Below are positions 1 through 12,507 of a DNA stretch of 64,000 bases, piece after piece. How positions within the stretch are numbered: position 1 is the first letter of the stretch; each line of letters opens with the position of its first letter. The notes under the pieces are model-generated. The model worked only from the letters and a program-made list of their open reading frames with translations. It was not told the DNA's origin and did no database searches. The stretch is from Trichosphaerium sp. ATCC 40318. Taxonomy: Eukaryota > Protista > Tubulinea. Location of the stretch: contig JALMLS010000143.1 of assembly GCA_038496445.1 (NCBI GenBank), positions 310,001 through 374,000 on the forward strand. Reading direction: 5' to 3'. The position numbers and the translations under genes are program-made.

Positions 1-322
1 ACTATGATTTCCATCACTGGTATTTGTTTGTACTGTCAATGCTCGTTAGCGATTTTTGGTTGTGCTATTTGATGTTTGGTACCTCAAACAGCCCAAAGTA
101 TACGCAAGACCATAGACCAACGAAGGTGAAAGCAAAATGGACGACAGATAGTGTCGTGCCTAAAAAAGTGCCATGTTAGCCAAAACAGCAACAAAAAGAG
201 CATTCAGTACCGAATTTAAAGCCGTGCCACTTGAAAAGCATTTTGTTGCAGAATACTATAGACACGGAAGAAAAGTAATTCGCACACATGTAGAAAGTGC
301 CCCATGAGAAAGGCGTGCTCAT
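1..322 (-). CDS. SLC35E/triose-phosphate-translocator family transporter, 5' part (runs off window edge)
   Basis: Spliced translation MSTPFSWGTFYMCANYFSSVSIVFCNKMLFKWHGFKF|GTTLSVVHFAFT..; closely matches the paralog at 21506 with the same intron positions. Confidence 0.85.
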
Positions 323-594
323 TGTGTGGATTCAATTATAAGATTTTGTTTAAAAACAGTATTTGACCAATCAATGGCTTTCTATACGCCAATACAAGCT
401 ACCAAATAATTGTCAACGTGGTTGACACAAGCAGACTTATTAAATTGCTTGTTTTTTGCTTACGGTTAGGTTACCTGTTTATTTTTGGTGCTAAAGCTAT
501 CTGGAATGCTTCTAAAGGTTATTATGACGTTTATGTAGCTTAATACGGTCAGCGTGAATTCTTGTCAAAATTTGGCAATAAACTCGAGGATACC

Positions 595-3036
595 ATGTAT
601 TTGTTGGCGGTGATAGTCGTTACTGCTTTAATCCTCGTAAACCTCCTTTGGATACGCCGTATAAAGGTAACTAGTCTGAAGTTTGTTAAAAACCACTTTA
701 ATCATATCTACAGATTCGATCAAACGCGCCAGGTGCGTCAAAATAGCTGTAGAAATTAAAAAGTTCGTTGTACAAATACAACTCACGTGAGACGCCAAAA
801 AAGGCGTTATTAGGCAATTGAATATTGCTTCACGGTGCAGTTTGCTTTCTCAGATACAACGACAGGTGAAACTGCGAAAATTTTTAACTGTCTTCAACAG
901 GGCCTTTTATTCCAATCGCTTTCTTTGGACCTTTATTTCATGAGTTATTTTTCTGGTGGTATGACTCTGCATCATTTATGACGAAGAGGAAGACTAATTT
1001 TCGTGTAGGTCATACAAAAATGAAGGACCATACGAACTTGCTATGAGATGGACGAAACAGGCAAGTCTCAACTTGATATTTTGGCTATTTTACTTATACA
1101 AACAAAGTATGGTCAAACTTTTCTTGTAAATGGAGCCACACAAGACAGCATGATGATCGTAGCTGACCCTGACTGCATCCGTCACATACTAAAGGACAAC
1201 TTCAAGAATTACATCAAAGGTAGTAATTTTTTGGCTTAGATCGTCATGATTACTTGATTAATTGATGTTGATCAAGGTCATCATTTCACATCTTCTATGA
1301 AAATATTCCTTGGTGAGGGTATATTCAACGTTAATCATGGTCTATGGCGTCAACAGCGCAAGACAGCAAGTCACTTATTCAAAACAAGAGAAATTCGAAA
1401 AATGTTTGAAATCTTTCATCAAAATGGAAACAAGGTAGACTATCTCGCAATGTGCACCTCACTAAATATTATACTTGAATAGGTTATGGCCATTCTAGAT
1501 AAGAGTGCTACAAGTGCTGAAACGGTCAATATTTCAGAATTGTTGTCTCGCTTCACTTTAGACTCCATAGGCGAAATTGCATTTGGTGTCCAATTGGTAA
1601 CAATCGTAGTACCTTTGTTTTTGTTTAATGATGTATTTCTAGGATAGCTTAAAACCAGGTACACTGCCAAACTTTGCTGTAGCTTTCAACGAAGCGACCA
1701 GGCTATGTGGAGAGTTATGGGTATCTCCTGTATTTATGGTATGAAATATTGAAAGTAACTTTGGCATTCATACAATCTTTTTCAGATGACAGGAACAGGA
1801 TGGTTGTCCGATTATTTGGTACCAGAAGTTCCAATAATAAAGAAGCACATGGCTGTACTTGATCAAACAGTATATAGAATTATTGAAGAGCGTAAACACG
1901 CTAAAGATATTGATCAACGAAGTGTGAGTTTTTTCGTTTGAAGGATCCCTCTAAAACCACGTGATAATACCAATAATATTTTCGCGGATGTTTATTGGTA
2001 GAGTGCACTCTGACCAACTCATTTACTAGGACTTGTTGTCTGGATTTTTGAACCTTGAAAAAAAGACTGGCGAGAGTTTTAGTGATAAGTACCTTAGAGA
2101 TATAACTTTGAACTTTATGTAAGAGCCAACGCAAATTCCCAGCTGTTAATAATGCATTTAGGTTGGCTGGACGCGATACAATATCGGTAGCCTTAGGCTT
2201 CTTGTTTTACGAACTTGCAAGAAATGAAGCCAAGATGAAATTGCTTCAAGCAGAAGTAGACCAAGTACTAAGCCAAAACCTACCAGACTATGATATTGTA
2301 AAAGACTTGCCATACACAAAGGTAATTGTATATCTTAGCATAGTATCTTATAATAATAGGCTTGCATCGACGAGGCATTGAGGCTTTATCCACCAGTTCC
2401 ATTTGACCCAAAACAAGCTGTTGAAGATGACGTACTACCTAATGGAATACGTGTACCAGCAGGTGTACGTTGACTCTCCTGTGACAGTATTGTATTAACA
2501 ACATTGCTTTTTAGACAGAAGTAATATGGTCAGCTATGGCACAAGGAAGGAGTCCGCACTGGAAGAATCCAGAAAAATTTGAACCTGAAAGGAACGCATG
2601 ACGTTGATTTAACTCTTTGTAATTTACTTTAGGTTTCTTAACAGAGAAAAACAAGGACTTAAACCTATTCACCCGTACTTATTCGTACCATTCCAAGCGG
2701 GACCACGTGTATGTCTTGGGAAGATGATGGTACGAGAGGCCTTTTCAAATATGAAACGCCTTGCTTATTCTTTTAGGCGTATCAAGAAATGTTGTCATTG
2801 ACTTCAATGATTGCTCAAAAATTTAATGTACACACAGTACGTTATAATAACATTTCTGTAAAACTGGTTGTACACACTCAAACTACGCACTAGGTACCAG
2901 GAGAACAAGAAGTCACATTCGCTGGCGGGATTACACTAAGTGCAGCTGTAAGTCTTGTTTTCTTACATTCCAAAAAAATCCCATTAATTTTTTTGTGCAG
3001 GGTGGCATCAAATTACAGTTTTCTCATCGTAGTTAG
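595..3036 (+). CDS. Cytochrome P450 (CYP86/CYP704-like), multi-exon
   Basis: N-terminal [26 protein letters not shown]-helix, [20 protein letters not shown] heme motif. Confidence 0.95.
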
Positions 3037-3444
3037 AATGTATACCGTTATGTTCTGTACACAACGGGACGTAGTAAATTTGCGTATTTGTATGCAGTGT
3101 ATTGGTAGTGTTTTGTGGAGTTAGGTGTTATTAAATGAAGCGAAAATACATTCTTATTGCTGTTAACGTAATTGTATGAACTTTACTCTACTAAAGGACA
3201 CTGAGGAGCGTTTTTCCGATGCGTTTGTATTGAGTGCTAGTGTTTCGGACATGAAATCTCCGGTTACCATTATATTTAACGGTCGGGGTACTCTGCACGT
3301 ATAGAGGTAGTAGAGAGAGCAATATGGGCGTGGACAAAAAATACCAAGTCCACCGTGTTCTTCGGAGCAAGTGTTTTTAACGCTCCATATTATTGACTAG
3401 CAAGGTTGACCACTACTGGAGAGCGTATGTGGTAACAAAAGTCA

Positions 3445-6317
3445 ATGTCCTTGGAAAGCCGATTTCTACAGACGCTACAGAACTCTAAAGCAAAAGAAAA
3501 GTTCCGTTCTTTCCTTCGTGGTGAATATAATGACGAAACACTCGGTATGCACAGATCTGTTAGAAGTACAATTATGCTCATTATTTGTAGCGTTTTATGA
3601 AGAAATTCAGTCGTATGAGCAGATTGACGGTTCTGATGAAAGACGAACGCGGTACAATCACAAACAACCATTTTTAATTGTCAAACGCATGCCATTAGTC
3701 TGTTTATGCATTAAATGACCTTTAAACCCATAACGCCTGCTTACCACCTTTAGCGCTGCAAAAATGTTTGAAACGTATTTAACAGAGTTTTCGCCACGCT
3801 CTGTTAACGTTGGTCCTCGATCTATACAAGCTATGCAAGAAAAGCTGACACAAAAAAATAAAACGCTTGAAACAAACATATGGGACGACATTAAGCGCGT
3901 ACGCACTTTTAGATACAGTCTATACTCATTTTGGGCAGTGTTGCCATAAAAAACCTGAATAAACACCACCTTTAGGAAGTCTTTGTTCTTATGGCAAACG
4001 ATCCGTTTACACGATTCATGGCCTCAAAGGAGACGAAGAGTAAAAGTAACAACAACAAAAACAAAACATTTACTGCAGATCAAATCATATCAAATACCTT
4101 CGTAAAAGCGTTCCACACATCATGTGATAAAACAGATGGTAAGCAAAACGTCTTCAAAAAAAAACTCAGACACAGAATGCCAGAAAACAAACTACAAAAA
4201 AAAAATACAACACGCTCCGCTCGTATTTTTATAATGTTGTTTGATTAGATCTAAATGACTTTTGTAGATGTAGGATGGGTCTACAATGGTGAAAAAAGAA
4301 ATATAAAGCTTTACACTAAAGACTGTAATTCAAGTACTGCATATGCGTGCAAGGTAAGTACAGTAGAGATGTTTTTTCTTGATTTGAAAAAAAAATCCAT
4401 AAAAATGATTTGTAATTTCTTTCGTTCCTAAAGGGTCTATCTAAGCGTTAATATTTTTAGGGCGTTGGTGTTGTTGATGCATCACCTGAAGAAGTAAGTT
4501 TAACATCAATAGATCTTTTTTGGTGACATTTGTTGATGTTTTTTTTTTCACAGTTGGTTTTTGCTTTATCCCTCTAATAAGTCATTCTAGGTTGCAGACA
4601 ATTTTATGGCGTTAGATGATAGAAGAAAGAAACGTGATGCTCATTTTGTAGAAGTAAGTCATGACTCATGAATCATTTAAGAGCTTGTACCAAGCTTCAT
4701 GCTTTGGTCGTTTGTTACTTTGTTATTTATGTTGTGTAGGGTTGGGTGCTGGAGAAGCTATCCCGATCGGATGATGTAGTATACCAACACTTTAAATTAA
4801 GTGCTACATTATTTAGCAAACCACTAAGACGCGATTTTGTGCTTGCGCGTTGTCATAGGGTTGAGCAAGACGGTACACACATTATTGTATGTCGTGATAC
4901 AACTCATGAAGATGCTCCAGCTCCACCTAAGGTACGTATAATACGTAAAATGAGTTCAAGAACTAGAAACTATGGTTGTAGTGTTGTACAATTTTATTTT
5001 ATTTTATTACCTCCAAACGCTTAAAACAATGTGTACAAAGTTAATTTTTTTTCTAGGGTTGTTCTAGAGCAATTTGTACATTGGTGGGATATAAAATAAG
5101 TCCAATGAGGTATTGATTTATCAAGGTATTCTACTTCTCTTTATTCACCTTCTTTTTCTTCTTTAGGGGTAAGGCTCAGTCATCTTTAGTATATTCTATA
5201 CATGAGTATGATCTTGGATCGGGTAAAGAGATTACACCCAAAGTTTTAAGAGAAATGGGTGAGTCACGTGCCATGTTTTTGATTAATTTTTTTTCGAGTA
5301 TAACATCTTTGTTGCTTGTTTTTCTTTGCTGTAATGTATCAAATTTGAAGGAACATTTATATCTAAATCATCGTTTAGAAGCTACAAGGCCTTTAGTGAT
5401 AAATAAGTTGCAAAAAGCGCTCAGAAAATCTGTAGACGTAAGTTTGTTGTACTTTCCCTTCTGCGACCTACTTTGTTTGTCAATGATGTCTAATGCCGTT
5501 TATAGTCTGATATTGATGATGACTTCAAGAGTAGAGATTCTGTGTCACCTAAAAATTCGGGTTACAAGGGTGCTAAGTCTAAAGCAGGCATCTTCGATTT
5601 TGTGAAACGTATGTATTAGAATTTATTTGTTTTTGTTGTTTGCTGTACTGATAATCGAATTAAGATCGTAACAGAAAGTCTGAGCCAAAACGTAGACTTG
5701 CAAGATCACCTGGCGTTGAACGTTTCCGTACTACACGTGATATTTATGTAAAACTAATGCAAACAAGTAGAACGAACTCAATCCTTGGAAGAGATAGATA
5801 CAAAACTGATGGCTAGTGATGAGTCTCCAATTCACAGTATGTTTCTTGATTTTATTATTATATCTAGACCTTTTTTCGTGATGCTGATGTGTTACTCTAT
5901 AGGTGGTAAAGTGGCTGTGCTTAAGCGTAAGAGGTCACAAACAAGTATGTCAACAAGAGTGTTAATTAGATTTTTCATGCTAAATGCTTTGCTTAGTTGA
6001 TGTATCTGATATTGAGGAACAAGCTCAAGTAGCTTCTGCTCCAAGAGGATTTTTAGACTATATAACTCCAATTAGAGAAGAACCAGAATATAAATCAGCA
6101 CCAGCCTCAGTTAAAATAAGACGTGAGTGACATTCTTCTACACCTTTTTTTTTCTCGTTTTTTTCTTCTTTTGCGCTAATTTTGTTGTCACGCAGGAAAA
6201 AAGCGTATTGATAAAATAAGAACACCTAAAACACCTAAGACACCAAAGACACCCAAAACGTCTAAAACGCCGAAGAGCCCACCGATGATAAAAGTGAGTC
6301 AGGCTAGTAATGCGTGA
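3445..6317 (+). CDS. RGS domain + START lipid-binding domain protein with basic Ser/Pro-rich tail
   Basis: FRSFLRGEYNDETL|AFYEEI..MFETYLTEFSPRSVNV..LMANDPFTRF (RGS); GWVYNGEKRNIKLY..KPLRRDFVLAR (START); KTP repeats. The 3' end is ambiguous (TGA 6315-17 versus a GTGAGT donor). Confidence 0.8.
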
Positions 6318-6558
6318 GTGCTGTGCATGACTATGTAAATTAAAAAAATGAAGTACAAAAATAAACTGTAAATTATTATCGAAAAAAAAAAAGGTCTGTT
6401 ACAATACTTGTATGTTCACGCAGACTGCAAAGTGAGCTATTTTTAATGTTGTAGTTATTTAATTAACTTTGTTGGTATTGTTTGGTTGTTGGTTTCCATC
6501 ATTTCTCAGCAATTAGCAGTTTCTATTGATAAACAAACGTCATAGTATTCATTGTTAG

Positions 6559-6815
6559 GCGATTACTTACTTGGAAATGTGAGGTAGTTGCTAGAATGAC
6601 TCACAGGTTGTAGCTGTTCAAGCTATGACTAAAATAGGAGGTAACGTTTGGGTTGGATGTCGTGATGGTATGGTTCATGTATTCAATGCTGTGGTAAGTG
6701 ATTATTCTTTGGTTTTTATATTGACTGATTTTTTCTCTTAGCATAAACACCTAGATCCTGCCAAAGGTGGCACATGTAAAATTATTTGGCTGGAGCTAAT
6801 GGACAAATAAATGTT
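6559..6815 (+). pseudogene. Frameshifted WD40/beta-propeller-like exons
   Basis: VAVQAMTKIGGNVWVGCRDGMVHVFNAV then a GTAAGT intron; two apparent 1-nt frameshifts. Confidence 0.45.
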
Positions 6816-6873
6816 CAAAACTGACAACCTGTAGCCAATGTTTGTCAAAAGTACTAAACGTGTAAAAATTAGC

Positions 6874-9800
6874 ATGCATCACGTGGAAAGATATAACACT
6901 GAATCGAACATCAGTTTCGCCTTTAATCAAAGGTAATGCGTAAATCGTAATTTAAGCCTCTAAAAGCCATCGTAGCGCCAAACCGAATATTTTAGTACTA
7001 CCTACAGAGATTCTAGCACATATATTACAATTTACAACAACAGCTCGATTTGCAGCTTGCCAGACATGCCACAGCTTCTCTTCAATTGTTCATGACCTTA
7101 TTGGATATGATAATGTTACACTAAATACAATTGAGCAAGCGAACTGTCTGTTAAAACATGCCAGTTTTCTCCGCCGCACCAAAATCACGATAAGCTCGAG
7201 ATTTCCTGTAGGCTTTGTTAAAAATTTGGCTGGTGTTTATTGTATTAACCTCAGCAATACCAAAGTAACAGATGATGATATTAACATGCTGGCTGGCGTT
7301 CATACTATTGACCTTAAAAACACTTTGGTAACTAATAAAGGTATTAAAGCACTTGCTGGAGTTCATACTATTTACCTCAATGGCACTTCAATAACAGATG
7401 AAGGTATAAAAGCGCTTGTTGGAGTTCATATGATTGGCCTTTATCGTACCTCAGTAACAGATGAAGGTGTAAAGGCACTTGCTGGAGTTCATACTATTTA
7501 TCTTGATGGCACTCCAGTAACAGATGGAGGCGTAAAAACACTGGCTGGCGTTCATACTATTGACCTTGCACATACCACAGTGACAGATGAAGGCATTAAA
7601 GCGCTTTCAGGTGTTCACACAATTGATCTTTGCAGTTGTAGAAATATTTCTGATGTAGGTATCAAGAAGCTTACTGGTGTTTATGATATTTGTCTTATCA
7701 ATACCAACGTAACTGATGAGGGTATAAAAGCACTTGCCGGTAACGTTCTCAAACTCCGAATATTTGCAGTTTTGAATATACCACTTTGAATACAAAAAAG
7801 ATTTGAATTTTATTCAAATAAAAGTCACGTGATATCACGTGTTACATGGGTTCTACGTCTATAATTATCTGTTGACGTAGTAGTGATAAGTTATTTACAA
7901 GTTTGTGTGATAACCTATTTCTGTCCGGTGTTATCATTCTCCCTGTAAATGAGAAGGTTCGTTCTGTCATTGCTTGAGAAGCTGGTATTGCCAAATACTG
8001 TTGAGCTAGCTTTGCCATGGTAGGATACATTACTTTGTGTTTTTTCCACCATGAAAGTGCTGTGAAGTCATCAGAATCAAGAGCTTCAAGTTTTTTGTAC
8101 TCTTTAAATTCATCCACCACCACAACCTTACGTCTTTTACGTCTATGACTGTAAACAACGTTAATACTGCACAAGAAAAAAGCAAAATATGTACTTTCTA
8201 AGATCCTCAAATGCATTAGTTTCACGTTTTCGCTTCTTTGGCTGTGTCATTTCAGGTTCATCTACATGCAATGTGTTTTCTGGCGGATTCACTGTCACCT
8301 AAAAAAAAATAAACCACACAATAAAATAATTTAAGATAACGCACTTGCTCTGTTCTTTTGACCTCTTTGTCATAAAGTTCTTTGAGTACTTCCCATGCTT
8401 CAACTGTATCACCTGGTTCCAAGTGTTTAGCGTCTCTAAACACAGGATGTAGAATGGTAGCCAATGATGTGACCACTGGCAAATTATCCCACATTACACG
8501 AATTTCATCCAAAAATTCTTGATAAATGGTTGTTAATTTTAGTTTTGCATTTCTTCGTTGTTTACTGCATACAGCTGACTTCTCAGAAGCTTAAATAGTA
8601 TTTAATTGAATTACTGGAGTGTTAGTAACACGTACATGGTTTGAGCTTGTCCTCAATTGTACTTTCAAGCATTTCAAGCATTGCTAAGATAAGTGCTTGA
8701 GTTGGTTGTTTTTCGGCTTCTAGCGCCCGTATAACCTTTACAGTGGAAGAAAAGGTCTCAATGATATCATCAATAATTGTCCAATGGTATGTAGTAAAGT
8801 CAGGGATGTTCTTTAAAAACTAAATGCGTATCAGTGCTCTGAGCGTTTACTATAAAAAAAAGTACCTTTTTCTCCACTTCTTTCGTTAATAGCTTTAACT
8901 CTTCTTGTACTGCTTTAAAGGAGGAAAGCATACTAATTTTGGAGCTCCATCGAGTGACAACATCACGTTTTACTTTTTTAGCTTTGCCACCACATACTTT
9001 AATCCATGCTAGATACATGTTGTTGGATGTATTTAATCCAGTAATGAATTGTCGAATGGGCACAAAAATAGGGTTTTCCAGATCCTCTAACACATGTGAC
9101 ATTGCATTGTTCAACATGTGACACACACAGCGAAGATCTTCGACAGTTCTACAAAAGTAAGTAAATACTCCTCAAAAAGAAAAAAAAAAACATATGCTGG
9201 ATCAATTTCAAGATCTTCGTCGTCATCAAATTCCTCTCCGCGTAGGATACTATATTAGAACAAGTAAAAATTAATTGCTTTGAATGTTATTTTTTGTGTT
9301 AATTTAGTACGTACGCATAAGTATACTTGATAGAAGCTACTTCACCACCATCTGTGACACCTGCGACAGGCATGACTTTGTCACCCAACCACGATTCACC
9401 TGAGCTATCAGCTTCGCCTGTAATGACACTTGCGACCAATCTACCAATTGTTGTGGCTGTAATAAACATAAATTAAATAAATTAAGTAATGAACGCTATG
9501 ATGCACCTTTATGGTTACCTTCAACGTATGGTAACCCAATGAGAGCTCGTCTTGGTTTAAAATCATCTGTTAGCCAATGCAGTGTTACTGCACAATAATA
9601 ATCCTTTGTTTGACTACATTTCCAAAGATCGGCAGCAAATGTAGGGTATTTGGCTCTTTGTGTTTCTTTTTTTAAGTCTCGCATTGTGCTCTTGTACTTT
9701 TCGTCAATTATGCCTCTCATGGTATTTGGACAAGGTAATGTGTAGCCTGCACTCAGCTCCCTCATCAAGTCAACAAATTGAGGGTTTTGCACCAAGTTTA

Positions 9801-11079
9801 GTGGTAAGTTACCAACCACAATCAGCTTTGTCACGAGTTCATCAATGTGCTAAAAAAAGAAAGTAAATATAGGGAAGGAAGGAGTAAATGAGCGTGTGCA
9901 CCTTTTGTTTCTTTTTTGATACGGGTATAACACTTTTGTTACCAAAAAAGTCTTCCATTACTTGAGCTTGTTTAGTTTTTCCATGCCATGGAAATTCGTC
10001 TTCTTTACTTTTGTATCCGTGATCTTTGCACAAATGCTTGAGCTGGTTGGAAGTGGTGTCATGTTGAGGAGGAACAAATGTCTGACAAAACACACATTTA
10101 TTGTCTGTGTAGTACTTGTGAACGTTGGATCTTTGCTTGTAGTGCCTTTTTTGGTGCACGATGTTGCTTGCCTGAAGTTGCATTTTGGTGTTCTAAAAAT
10201 ATTCAAATATTCAACAGAAAGATTCAAATTCGCTATTTTTGGTGTGTATTCAAATATTCAAATTCAAATATTCAGAGTTTGAGAACGTTACTTGCCGGAG
10301 TACATACTATTGATATTAGCAGTTGTCAATGTATTTCAGATGAAGGTGTTAAGACACTTGCTGGCGTACATACTATTCACCTTGGAGGTTGTAGATACAT
10401 ATCAGATGAATCCATCAAGCATCTCGCTGGTGTACATAGCATCTATCTTTGGAACTGTCGATACATATCGGATGAAGGTATAAAAGCGCTTGCTGGAGTA
10501 CATACTATTGATATCAGTGATTGCCAAGATATATCAGATGAAGGTGTTAAGGCACTTGCTGGAGTACATACTATTCACCTTGCAGGCTGTTGTGAGATTT
10601 CAGATGCATCCATCAAGGAGCTTGCTGGAGTTCATTTTATTGATCTTAGTCACACCGGTGTGACAGATGAAGGCATGAAGTGGCTTGCTGGAGTTCATTT
10701 TATTAAACTTACATGTACACGTGTATCAGATGAAGGCATTAAAGAGCTTGCTGGAGTTCACACCATTGATCTTTGTCACACTTCAGTAACAGATAAAGGT
10801 ATAAAAGCACTTGCTGGAGTTCATGCCATTGGCCTTTCACATTGTTATCACATTACGGATGAAAGCCTTAAATCACTTTCTGGAGTTCATACCATTGATC
10901 TTCGTGGTTGTAGAAACATAACAGATGAAAGCATCAAATTTCTAACTCACGTTGTTGCAGTTTATCTACATGGTACTTCAGTAACAGACAAAGGCATCAA
11001 AGCATTATCTAGCGTACTTACTGTTAGTTTTGAAGCTTATTTTACCATAGACTGTATTTACAAATCGGGTAATAAATAG
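6874..11079 (+). CDS. F-box-like + ~19 LRR protein, interrupted by a hAT transposon
   Basis: Short exon 1, putative intron 6933-6975, ILVLPTEILAHIL F-box, 21/22-aa repeats LAGVHTIxLxxTxVTDEGIKA; removing the element plus one TSD restores the frame (LAG|VHTID). Confidence 0.9.
7741..10290 (-). mobile_element. hAT-superfamily DNA transposon, 2550 bp, full length
   Basis: TIRs TAACGTTCTCAAACTC(C/T)GAATATTTG at 7741-7766 and 10265-10290 (25/26 match, YARNG start); perfect 8-bp TSD CTTGCCGG at 7733-7740 and 10291-10298; ATTCAAA subterminal repeats. Confidence 0.97.
7842..10183 (-). CDS. hAT transposase, ~653 aa, 8 introns
   Basis: BED finger (CVFC..HLCKDH), FAADLW, VTDGG, CVCH, TRWSS, and C-terminal WWKKH..LAIPASQAMTERTFS; exons sum to 1962 nt. 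Confidence 0.93.
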
Positions 11080-11318
11080 AAGTCTAGTTGTAATTAGGGG
11101 AAGAAGTAAGTTTATTAAACTAAAGCAAGAGTTGTTAAGAATTAACAACCTCTGGTGTGGTCCCTCCACTTAGTTTTTAATAAACTCATGTGCACAGGTC
11201 CCAAGTATGCTTTTATTGTGTTTCAAAATTAAGGCTTGCGCCTTTAAGTTATGTCACTCAATCAATAGAAACAACATTTTTCATTTAGGTACTTAAAATC
11301 AAGTAAACATTTTTTTTA

Positions 11319-12229
11319 TTAAACTTTCAAGAATCTTGCTGTTCTCCAATTAATTGTTATCATTGCTCCGTCTGTTATATTTACTTGAGTTACGGTTTTG
11401 CCGGTATTTTTGTCTACCATCGGCATAGATATACGCTCAATTAATGTGTGCAAGTTACATTCAATTCCAAGAGAAACCAACTTCGATACTAGTAAACGGA
11501 CATTCTCTTGATAGATGAGAGTCCTCTCTCGTACAAAAAAGATTGGCGAATCTTCTTTGTTTTGTTGTCTATAGCCATTGTAGTTTAAAAGCGCTTGTTC
11601 TGATTTCTCGCCGATAATAACAATCTGCAAGTTAAGTTAAGATTAAGCGAACATCCTCAAACAAAATCCAAGAGATGACGTACCTTAGCGCTGTAGCATG
11701 CTCTTTTCGCTGTCAGCTTTAAGTACTCGCATATCTCGTTGCTAACACGCTCTATTACTGGACTCGCGGATTCTCTGGCTATCTCGGCTAGTTCATGAAG
11801 AACGCTCTCCCAAACCCAGTTCTTTTCGGGAACAGTAATACCTACAGGATTTGTGAGCAGTTTGTTGATCATGTCATTCTACTCACCCCAAAAATCAAGC
11901 TCTGCCTTTAGTTCTGTCTTGCTAGCATCTACCGGTACGTAAAGCTCTCCTGTAACCATGTAGTTGTGAATAAGGCGAAAGTAGAAAGGATCTCTTTCAA
12001 AAACCGCTTTATCATCGCTCCATCTACCGGAAGCTATCGCCTCGAGTGGAGATCCTTTATATCTGTTACAATAGCTATGAGGCACCTTGAATTTCTCAAC
12101 TAAACCCACTTCCACCTCTACGAAAGGCTTTGAATCCAGTAGAGCCTCATATGCTTTTTGTTTGCCTTCTGATTTTTTCTTGGTTATTGTCTTTTGTTGT
12201 TTACGCTTTGGTTTTGATTTGCCAAACAT
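11319..12229 (-). CDS. BTB/POZ (KCTD-like) domain protein, 3 exons
   Basis: VFERDPFYFRLIHNY..ELKAELDFWG. Confidence 0.8.
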
Positions 12230-12507
12230 GGTGTAAAGGGGTTTATAAATGAGGTTGACCTAGCAGTTTGTTATTCTCTGAAAAGTTGCTTTTTCAACGC
12301 AAAGTAAATTTGGATATTTTTCAGCATTAGAACAGTATCCGTTCAAGTAATGTTCATTGTTTGTCGGCTAAAACATTCGTTCTTTCATCCATGTCAATTG
12401 AAAAGATGTACACTTCTATATTGATGCATAAAAAAATGTCAATTTTCGCACGTGTGCACGTATGGTAAATCTTTACTTTTTCTACACTTTTTATTATTCG
12501 TTACATT

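Noticed and set aside
10078-10290. N-terminal 70 aa of the 333-aa ORF
   Set aside because: It is transposon-end sequence read on the antisense strand; the real upstream coding sequence lies before 7741
7226-11000. 63/66-bp periodic repeats as a CRISPR-like array
   Set aside because: They are in-frame LRR coding repeats in a eukaryotic gene
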